Shown one piece after another: positions 24,901 through 36,900 of a stretch of 64,000 nt of DNA (the stretch's first letter is position 1; the number at the start of each line of letters is the position of its first letter). The translations under genes and the position numbers were made by a program. Source of the stretch: Antedon mediterranea (taxonomy: Eukaryota; Animalia; Echinodermata); contig NC_092677.1 of the NCBI RefSeq assembly GCF_964355755.1, positions 15,398,101 through 15,462,100 on the forward strand, read 5' to 3'. A model generated the notes under the pieces. The model saw nothing but the letters and a program-made list of their open reading frames with translations, ran no database searches and was not told the DNA's origin.

Positions 24901-27900
24901 TCATGTTTGTAATCATATCTTCACTAGCATGAATCACAATTAAACAAAATTTGGTACTCATAAATTTCAGGTCATATTTCATTATATGGCAATACAATTA
25001 CGTGCGTAGCGCATATAACGCTTGCGTACGCGCGCTTAAAATGTTCAAAATTGTCAAAATTTATTTTCGATGAAATTAGAGTACGTTTCAGGCAATTTTA
25101 AGCGTTTAAAAAATTGCCATGAGTGCGCCGATTTTTTCACGCGCACTGCGCGTTAAACGTTGATGCGCCCTCTTTTTGCCCGATTTCTGTTTTACAATCT
25201 TTCTTTAATAATATCATCATATTTGATTCACGTTTCAACTCGAAATTGCGTTATACGAGCACGTCAAAAGTGACTGGCTACGCACGTATAAGTTAACAAA
25301 ATGGTGAAAATATGCTAAATTTTAAAATTAATATATATCGTCAGAATGCAGGGGAACACCTATTTTTTATCTCATTTTCTTGAAGTGTATGTATCATATG
25401 TATGATTTATTGTCAAATTAAGAGAACAAAAGTTGATTAAGTCATCATTAATTGCATATTAAATTAAAAAAAAATAATTTCGACAATCAAACAAATTATG
25501 ACATTTTCTTAAGCCAAAATACCAAACTTAACATTAACTTTCTTCCTTCCAAAGTTCATATATTAAAGTTAAAAGTATATAGTTTGACAGTGCATCATTT
25601 GTTTACATTTTAAAGATGTCATCATAGTAAAAAATTATAATTCATTCTATTTGCACCAAACTGGTTACTGCATAGTAAATACACGGAGGAATTTTTCTAC
25701 AACTTTTAGTCAGTTGTGTATGGCTCGATGGTCTGTGCTCGTGTCTATGGCATTCAAGGTACCGAGATCGAGTCTCACCTCGGGAAACGAAATAAGATTT
25801 TTTTTTTATTATCCGTATTGTTTGTTCAAATTTATTTCTTAGTGTATAGATTATACACATGATTTATAATGAAATCTAGATAAAAATTAACTTATGTCTT
25901 TATTAGTATGTAACAACAAATGTGGTTTATGACATTATACGCATATGGATCTTTGATCGGATTGTGATACCGGCTATGGTGGTCGCGTTAGCAAGGTCCT
26001 ATCATATATTATAAATAATTAAAGATTCTGAGAAAATCAATCAATCAATATATCTTTTAAAAGTCAATTATCTTTATTTAAATCAATGCATATAACCTAT
26101 AATTCGTCATAATGACGAATTAAATCTAGTTTATTTATTTATTCTTTCCTTAGCACTATTTGTCCGTCAATTATCTTGATATCAGTTTCATCTAACTAAG
26201 TCAATTTTTCAGAGTATATTCCTTATGGCCAGGAATCGATGTGGTTATGTTTTCACGGAGCGCAATCAAACATTACGCGGTCTACGCGCGATTTAACGAA
26301 ATCACGTTTGTAATCATATCTTCACAAGCATGAATCACTTTTAAACAAAATTTGGTACTCATAAATTTCAGGTCATATTTCATCATATGGCAATACAATT
26401 ACGTGCGTAGCGCATATAACGCATGCGTATGCACGCTTAAAATGTTCAAAATATTCAGAATTTATTTTCGATGAAATTAGAGTACGTTTCAGCAAAGAAT
26501 ATAAATAGGTAAAGAATCAACAGTACGCGCTGTTATACATAGAAGGATAGGAAACGCGGACGCTTATTCATGGACGCGTAAGAATCCAGCAGCCGAACGA
26601 CGGCGGGCTCTAGATATGGTTCCCGTCTAATCCCACGTTTCGATGTATCGTGATGATCTGATGTGTTCTCGCGTCTGTGCTCTACTAATTTTGATATTAT
26701 TAATATTTTGATAATTATTTTGATAAATAATCATCGTTTGCATTTTGATAGATATTTACAATAAAAGTTTTACCTTACCCACGCCTGAAGGTGGCGCACC
26801 TCTTCTAGAGAAAAAGAAATGCGCCACCTTCAGGCGTAGGCAAATAGTAACCCGGATGTGGTTTACACCGCCAACGGAACTGTTGTATCTTTTCCTTTTA
26901 TTATCTTTGGTTTCAGGCAATTTTAAGCGTTTAAAAATTGCCATAAGTGCGCAGATTTTTGCACGCGCACTGCGCGTCAAACGTTATTGCGCACTGTTTT
27001 TGTCCGATTACTGTTGTATAACCTTTCTTTAACAATATCATCATATTGTATTATCTTTTCAACGCCAAACAGCGTTATACGAGTACGTCAAAAGTGACAG
27101 GCTACGCACGTGTAAGTTAACAAAATGGTGGAAATATGCTAAATTTTAAAATTAATATATATCGTTAGAATGCTCGGAAACACCGATTTTTTATTTCATT
27201 TTCTTGAAGTGTATGTATCATATGTATGATTTATTATGAAATCAAGAGAACAAAAGTTATTAAGTCATCATTAATGGCATATTAAATTTACAAAAATTAA
27301 TTTCGACAATCAAACAAATTATAAAATTTTCTTAGGCCGAAATAACAAACTTAACATTAACTTTCTTCCTTAAGAAGTTCATATATTAAAGTTAAAAGTA
27401 TATAGTTTGACAGTGCATCATTTTTAAAAATCTTTAAAGATGTCATCATAGTAAAACATTATAATTTATTGCGGTATGTAATAATCTATCTGCACCAAAG
27501 TGGTTACTGCATAGTAAATACACGGAGGAAGATTTTCATAATTTTTAGTCAGTTGTGTATGGCTCGGTGGTCTTTGCTCGTGTCTATAGCATTCAAGGTA
27601 CCGAGTTCGAGTCTCACCTTGGGAAACGAAACGAAATAAGATTTTTTTTTTATTATCCGTATTGTTTGTTCAATTGTATTTATTTCTTAGTGTATAGATT
27701 ATACAGATGATTTATAATGAAATTTATTTAAAAACACAAAATGTGGTTTATTACATTATATACGCAGAAGGATCTTTGATCGGATTATGATACCGGCTAT
27801 TGTATTTGCATTAGCAAGATCCTATCACATATTATAAATAACTAAAGATTCTGAGAAAATCAATCAATCAAAATATCTTAAATCAATCAATTATCTTTAT

Positions 27901-30900
27901 TTAAATCAATGCATATAACCTATAATTCGTCATAGTGACGAATTAAATATAGTTTTAATATTGATAACATCAACATAATGATTCTACTCTTTGATAAGAG
28001 AGTAATAATTTATTATAACATTGGTATTTTGTTTCACTAGCTCAAAACCCTTGTTCCAACAACGTTTGTCAGAATGGAGGAGCTTGCGTTGCAGTATCTG
28101 GTTCTTGTACTTCTTACACATGTTCCTGTCCATCATGTTTCTCAGGAACATTCTGTGAAATAGGTAATTATACTAAACTATTAGCGATGTGCATGCCGCA
28201 GACAGACTAGAACTATGCCCACTTTCTTGATCAGTGTGAAGTTGAATGTATACAGGCCATTAAATAAAATGTTTTTCTATTAGGCCAGGATCCATGTGCT
28301 GGAAGTGCATGTCAAAACTGAGGAGTGTGTACTGCTATTGCTGTTTTTTGTACTGCTTACACGTGTTCATGTCGAGCATGCTTCACCGGTGCTTTTTGTG
28401 AAACATGTTAGTGGCTTACCAAAATGTGCAAGAAAAGAATTACAATATTGATATAATCAACATAATGATTCTACTCTTTGATTAGAGAGTAATAATTTAT
28501 TATAACATTGGTATTTTGTTTCACTAGCTCAAAACCCTTGTGCCAACAACGTTTGTCAGAATGGAGGAGCTTGCGTTGCAGTATCTGGTTCTTGTACTTC
28601 TTACACATGTTCCTGTCTATCATGTTTCTCAGGAACATTCTGTGAAATAGGTAATTATACTAAACTATTAGCGATGTACATGTCGCAGACAGACTAGGAA
28701 TATGCCCTCTTTCTTGATCAGTGGGAATTTGAATGAATACAGGCCAGTAAATACAATTGTTTTCTATTAGGCCAGGATCCATGTGCTGGAAGTGCATGTC
28801 AAAACGGAGGAGTGTGTACTGCTATTGCTGGTATTTGTACTGCTTACACGTGTTCCTGTCCAGCATGCTTTACCGGAGCTTTTTGTGAAACAGGTTAGGG
28901 GCCTACCAAAATTTACAAGAAAATAATTATAATATTTATATAACCAACATAATGATTGTACTCTTTGATTAGAGAGTAATAATTTATTATAACATTGGTA
29001 TTTTGTTTCACTAGCTCAAAACCCTTGTGCCAACAATGTTTGTCAGAATGGAGGAGCTTGTGTTGCAGTATCTGGTTCTTGTACTTCTTACACATGTTCC
29101 TGTCCATCATGTTTCTCAGGAACATTCTGTGAAATAGGTAATTATACTAAACTATTAGCGATGTGCATGCCGCAGACAGACTAGAACTATGCCCACTTTC
29201 TTGATCAGTGTGAAGTTGAATGTATACAGGCCATTAAATAAAATGTTTTTCTATTAGGCCAGGATCCATGTGCTGGAAGTGCATGTCAAAACGGAGGAGT
29301 GTGTACTGCTATTGCTGTTTTTTGTACTGCTTACACGTGTTCATGTCGAGCATGCTTCACCGGTGCTTTTTGTGAAACATGTTAGTGGCTTACCAAAATG
29401 TGCAAGAAAAGAATTACAATATTGATATAATCAACATAATGATTCTACTCTTTGATTAGAGAGTAATAATTTATTATAACATTGGTATTTTGTTTCACTA
29501 GCTCAAAACCCTTGTGTCAACAACGTTTGTCAGAATGGAGGAGCTTGCGTTGCAGTATCTGGTTCTTGTACTTCTTACACATGTTCCTGTCCATCATGTT
29601 TCTCAGGAACATTCTGTGAAATAGGTAATTATACTAAACTATTAGCGATGTACATGTCGCAGACAGACTAGGAATATGCCCTCTTTCTTGATCAGTGGGA
29701 ATTTGAATGAATACAGGCCAGTAAATACAATTGTTTTCTATTAGGCCAGGATCCATGTGCTGGAAGTGCATGTCAAAACGGAGGAGTGTGTACTGCTATT
29801 GCTGGTATTTGTACTGCTTACACGTGTTCCTGTCCAGCATGCTTTACCGGAGCTTTTTGTGAAACAGGTTAGGGGCCTACCAAAATTTACAAGAAAATAA
29901 TTATAATATTTATATAACCAACATAATGATTGTACTCTTTGATTAGAGAGTAATAATTTATTATAACATTGGTATTTTGTTTCACTAGCTCAAAACCCTT
30001 GTGCCAACAATGTTTGTCAGAATGGAGGAGCTTGTGTTGCAGTATCTGGTTCTTGTACTTCTTACACATGTTCCTGTCCATCATGTTTCTCAGGAACATT
30101 CTGTGAAATAGGTAATTATACTAAACTATTAGCGATGTGCATGTCGCAGACAGATTAGGACTATGCCCTCTTTCTTGATCAGTGGGAATTTGAATGAATA
30201 CAGGCCAGTAAATAAAATTGTTTTCTATTAGGCCAGGATCCATGTGCTGGGAGTGCATGTCAAAACGGAGGAGTGTGTACTGCTATTGCTGGTGTTTGTA
30301 CTGCTTACACGTGTTCCTGTCCAGCATGCTTTACTGGAGCTTTTTGTGAAACAGGTCAGTGGCCTACCAAAATGTGCAAGAAAATAATTATAATATTGAT
30401 ATAATCAACATAATGATTCTACTCTTTGATTAGAGAGTAATACGTTATTATAACATTGGTATTTTGTTTTCACTAGCTCAAAACCCTTGTGCCAACAACG
30501 TTTGTCAGAATGGAGGAGCTTGCGTTGCAGTATCTGGTTTCTGTACTTCTTACACATGTACCTGTCCATCATGTTTCTCAGGAACATTCTGTGAAATAGG
30601 TAATTATACTTAACTATTAGCGATGTACATGCCGCAGACAGACTAGGACTATGCCCTCTTTCTTGATCAGTGGGAATTTGAATGAATACAGGGCATTAAA
30701 TAAATGGTTTTTCTATTAGGCCAGGATCCATGTGCTGGAAGTGCATGTCAAAACGGAGGAGTGTGTACTGCTATTGCTGGTGTTTGTACTGCTTACGCGT
30801 GTTCCTGTCCAGCATGCTTTACTGGAGCTTTTTGTGAAACAGGTCAGTGTCCTACCAAAATTTTCAAGAAAATAATTATAATATTGATACAATCAACATA

Positions 30901-33900
30901 ATGATTCTACTCCTTGATAAGAGAGTAATCATTTATTATAACATTGGTATTTTGTTTTCACTAGCTCAAAACCCTTGTGCCAACAACGTTTGTCAGAATG
31001 GAGGGGCGTGCGTTGCAGTATCTGGATCCTGTACTTCTTACACATGTACCTGTTCATCATGTTTCTCAGGAACATTCTGTGAAATAGGTAATTATACTAA
31101 ACTATTAGTGATGTGCATGCCGCAGACAGACTAGAACTATGCCTTCTTTCTTGATCAGTGTGAATTTGAATGTATACAGGGCATTAAATAAATGGTTTTT
31201 CTATTAGGCCAGGATCCATGTTCTGGAAGTGCATGTCAAAACGGAGGAGTGTGTACTGCTATTGCTGGTGTTTGTACTGCTTACGCGTGTTCCTGTCCAG
31301 CATGCTTTACTGGAGCTTTTTGTGAAACAGGTCAGTGTCCTACCAAAATTTTCAAGAAAATAATTATAATATTGATACAATCAACATAATGATTCTACTC
31401 CTTGATAAGAGAGTAATCATTTATTATAACATTGGTATTTTGTTTTCACTAGCTCAAAACCCTTGTGCCAACAACGTTTGTCAGAATGGAGGGGCGTGCG
31501 TTGCAGTATCTGGATCCTGTACTTCTTACACATGTACCTGTTCATCATGTTTCTCAGGAACATTCTGTGAAATAGGTAATTATACTAAACTATTAGTGAT
31601 GTGCATGCCGCAGACAGACTAGAACTATGCCTTCTTTCTTGATCAGTGTGAATTTGAATGTATACAGGGCATTAAATAAATGGTTTTTCTATTAGGCCAG
31701 GATCCATGTTCTGGAAGTGCATGTCAAAACGGAGGAGTGTGTACTACTATTACTGGTGTTTGTACTGCTGTACCAACGATTTGCAAGGAAATTGAATTAA
31801 TTTTTTTTTTTAAATTAAAGGACATATAGTTCTACTAATATTTTGATTGTTTGTTTTTATTAGCTCAAAACCCTTGTGCCAACAACGTTTGCCAGAATGG
31901 AGGAGCTTGTGTCGCACTATCTGGTTCTTGTACTTCTTACACATGTACCTGCCCATCATGTTTCTCAGGAACATTCTGTGAAATAGGTAATTATACTTAA
32001 CTATTAGAGATGTGCATGTCGCAGACAGACCAGGACTATGCCCACTTTCTTGATCAGTGGGAATTTGAATGAATACAGGCCATTAAATAAAATTGTTTTC
32101 TATTAGGCCAGGATCCACTCTGTGAAATAGGTAATTAAACTAGCCGATTGGCGATGTGTATGCCGCCGACTGACTATAGGGCCATGCTAAGTGTTTGTCA
32201 ATGTGTTTTATAATTAAAAAAATGAGAACAATCCATTTATAAAAAAAAATTCTATTAGGTCAAGATCCATGTTCTGGAAGTGCATGTCAAAATGGAGGAG
32301 TGTGTACTGCTATTGCTGGCATTTGTACTGCTTACACGTGTTCCTGTCCAGCATGTTTCACCGGTGCTTTTTGTGAAATAGGTTAGTACCCAAAAAAAGT
32401 CTACACGACAATTATATCAATATGTGTTTCACAATAATCGACATACTGTAATTATACTCCAAGTATACATGTTTTGTAATTCTTTGTTTTTATTAGCTCA
32501 AACACCCTGCGACAATAACCTTTGTCAGAATGGAGGTGCCTGTGTTGCTGTTACTGGTTCTTGTACTGCATACACATGTATCTGTCCAACGTGCTTCTCT
32601 GGATCATTCTGTGAAATAGGTAGGCTGGATAAGTAAACATGAATGTAAATGTTCATCTAGTTTTTAATAAAAACAAATGAATGTATACTATTATTTGTAT
32701 CAAAGCAATGGTAAATTACGAAAATAGATGGTAAATACCTTCTTGACGGTTCCGTTGTTTTTTTTTTCTCTTTTGTGGGGATTTTACCCACTTTTATTTC
32801 TTATAAAAATTCATATGTTTGTAAATAATATTTATCTTTATATAATATGCACAATTTTCATTAATATTTGTTTCTCTACTCTCAATTAATACAGATGTAA
32901 GTTTTTCTTATACATACATTAAGATATAATAATAATTATAATTATAAAACAAAATTATATTTTCATAACTATATACAAGTATTTCAACTCAAATATCCAT
33001 AACAAAATAATTATAATTTTTAATTAATACCAATTATCAATATGTTATACTTTAAACATGTTCATAGCATTTCTTTAACACTTTCTTTTTACATGAACAT
33101 AATTATAATTTTCTTATGGTATTATATTTTATACACATTAAATTTAAGTATAAATTGTTAATATACACATATAATTCCTTTATGAATGTATATTTCTAAT
33201 TTAATCATGCTTTGATTCTTATGTAACATTCTTCTACATAAATTCATATAATAATTCATAGTTTTATCTAGTATAGTTTGTTGTTTGCAACATTTTATCT
33301 CATAAAAAAAAAATTGTTTATATTTCTACCAAGCTAACTTTTTTTTTTTTTCAATTATTAATAAAACATTTGAAGTTATATATAGTATTAGTTGAGCAGC
33401 ATGAATTATAATAGTACAATGTAGTATTTTCTTTTACAATAACTTATTTTTTATTTTTTATTTTAAACGATTATCAGATGACTGCTAAACACACTATGCA
33501 TAATGTATCACTTGTTGTTAAAACACAATTATTTGCTTTAACTTTACATATCCGAGATAATATTTTGTATCATCTGCCATCTTTTCCTTCCATTTACTTT
33601 ATCAATATATATGTCACCTTTTATTCGTAATGTAATACTGTATTTAAAAGAGTTCCATATAGATATGGACTTATGCAACTCTGACATTATTTTGTCTTTA
33701 TATATAGTAAATGCAGTTAAGGAATAGATGTAACCTATTAATCTAATTTCTGTTCCAAGTACAATGTTTCTAAAGGATACATTGTCATACCCCAAAAATC
33801 TTAGAATATTACAAATTTTTATCCAGAATTCTCGAATATATGTACAACTAAATGACATATGGTTTTCATCTTGAATATCCCCACATTTTTTACAGGTACC

Positions 33901-36900
33901 GGTATCCTTTATTTTCCATATAAAAAGCCTTTTGTTTGTTGCCAAGATTCTATGTAATAGTTTATAATTAAATTCAGCTAATTTTTTGTCTTTCATTTTG
34001 CATATTTTATTTTAGCCAACATGATTTCCAATATATATAATTATTATTGAAATATTGTTCCCATTTTTTGTGTGCAAGGGGTAAAATAAATACCTCTTTT
34101 ACAAAACTTAAATATACTGTTGTTGTTTGTATAACTTCAAACCGATTTTCAGCAGTATAATCTATAATATTGAAGATACAGTTATTTGATATTTTTATAG
34201 TGCGTTTCCATTCTTTAGGTATCGCCTTAATTATGCATAAGTATTCGTTTAGCCAATTGGATTTACATTTTAATTTAATTTTCAATTCTTCTGAAGTTAA
34301 AAATTTATTCTTCTTGACGATATCTTTAATTAAGATGATATCACTTTCGATCCAATGTTTATACAATAGTGATTTATGTTTTAATTGTATCAAGGAGTTA
34401 CCCCACAACTGCTCATTCATTATTTCTTCATAACTTTGCACAGGATTTTTATTGCATTTGTTATATTCCGTACAAGCTTCCGTTGTTCATTACATGGATA
34501 GATAACTAAAAATTGATAATCTAAATATTTCAGAATAATGGCAAAGCTCGATCAGTGGGTTATATGATTTTTTTTCCATATCACACGCTCACAAATTTAT
34601 AACACTTCTTTGAATAATTCCTTGTCGGTGCCAATGGCGTTAATAATACTGATACAATTCTAAAATGTTTTCTGTTTGCCTATTCGCATTCCAGTTATAA
34701 TACTGAATCATTTAATATATTTTAGGTCAGGATCCATGTGCTGGACATCTTTGTCAGAATGGAGGATTGTGCAATGCTATTGCTGGGGTCTGTTCTGCGT
34801 ACACATGCACCTGTCTAGGATGTTTTACTGGTTCATTTTGCGAAACAGGTTAATCAGCAAGCTTTTACTGGATATAATTATTGTATTACTTTATTATTTA
34901 GATTTTTATTTGTGTTGTGTAATGTTTAATTTGTGATAATCTTTGCCAGACTTTTTCCTGCAATATCTTGTTCCTGACCAGCTTAAATTTGCCTGCCTAG
35001 CTTAAATTTGCCTGCCCAGCTTAAATGTGCCTGCCCATTAATATAATTCTTTAACTCATCTTCAACAAAATGAATCATCAATATTTTGATACACACTGTA
35101 CGTTTTTTCAGGTCAGAATGCTTGTGGTAACAACCTTTGTCAGAATGGAGGTGCTTGTGTTGCTGTTGCTGGTTCCTGTACTGCTTACACATGTTCATGT
35201 AACGGATGCTTTACTGGAACTTTCTGTGAAATAGGTAAACTATATAACTATTTTTAGTTATGTTATTTATAGGCAATATAAATACCGTTCAGCAATAGGC
35301 CTAACTGTGTACACAATGTTATTCTTCGCTTTAGGCCAGAATGCTTGTGCTAACAACCTTTGCCAGAATGGAGCTGGCTGTACCGCTGCTGCTGGTTCTT
35401 GTACCTCTTACACTTGTACCTGTCCATCATGCTTCTCAGGAACATTCTGTGAAATAGGTAGTTACTAAACTATTAGTGATATAAATGTCACAGCAGACGT
35501 ATTGCGGGCATGAACTCTCTTTGTCTGTGTGTTTTAAAATGTTTACATTCTCAACCCAAGGCTTATTTGAGCAACCTCACATAATATGAACTTATTAAAT
35601 ATGTTATTAAAAGTGTTTTATAAATTAAAATGAAACAATAAACAAATGAATAAATACAGGTCATCCATTGAATAATATTCTTTTCTTATTAGGTCAGGAT
35701 CCATGTGCTGGAAATCTGTGTCAGAATGGAGGAATGTGTACTGCTATCGCTGGTGTATGTACTTCTTACACGTGTTCCTGTCCAGCATGTTTCACCGGTG
35801 CTTTTTGTGAAACAGGTTAGTACCCTAAAAAAACATGTTAGTGGCCTACCAACATGTACAAAACAATTGTATCAATATGTTATACTTGATAATCAACATT
35901 ATGATTCTACACCTTATAAAATTGATTTCCTTAGCTCAAAATTCTTGCGACAATAACCTTTGTCAGAATGGAGGTGCCTGTGTTGCTGTTACTGGTTCCT
36001 GTACTGCTTACACATGTATATGTCCGACATGTTTCTCTGGAACATTCTGTGAAACAGGTAAACAATTATTTTCATTATTTCTATTCTATAATTATAAATA
36101 TGTTAATTTTAACTGAAATAATATAAATGACTTTTAGTAATAACTTGGTAAAAAATGTATGTTTCTATTTCAGGTGAGAATGCTTGTGCCAACAACCTTT
36201 GTCAGAACGGAGGTGCTTGTGTTGCTGTTGCTGGTTCCTGTACTGCTTACACATGTACATGTCCAGCATGCTTCACTGGAACATTCTGTGAAACAGGTAA
36301 TTATTAATTAATTCTCTTTAGTTATGTTATGTACCTATAGGCAATAAAAATAGCTTCCAGCAATTCACAATGCTTTTCTTTTTAAAGGTGAGAATGCTTG
36401 TTCTAACAATATTTGTCAGAATGGAGGTACCTGTGTTGCTGTTGCTGGTTCGTGTACTGCATATACATGTTCCTGTAGTGGATGTTTTACTGGAACTTTT
36501 TGTGAAATAGGTAGACCTTTGAATTATTGTAGTCTTTAGGCCAAAGTGATATTTTTTTTTATAGATTTTGTGACAACAACCTCTTTCAGAAATGAACTGC
36601 TTGAGTTGCTGGATCTTGTACTGCATACACGGGTGTATGTTCACATGTTCCTGAACATCCTGAACTCTTATAGTTATACATTATTTAGGCTCTATTACTT
36701 TCAGCAATAACTTTGTCTACTATTTTGTTCAGGTCAGAATGCTTGTGACAACAACTTGTGTCAGAATGGAGGTGCTTGTGTTGCTGGTACTGGTTCGTGT
36801 ACTGCATACACATGCATCTGTCCAACGTGCTTCTCTGGAACATTCTGTGAAATTGGTAAATTCAGTTATAGTTAAATGGTAGTATTATCGTAGGCAATAT

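Noticed and set aside
23640-32650. CRISPR-like or diversity-cassette interpretation of the regular repeats
   Set aside because: The repeats are 123-nt spliceosomal exons plus duplicated introns. There are no unique spacers, no cas genes and no recombination signals.
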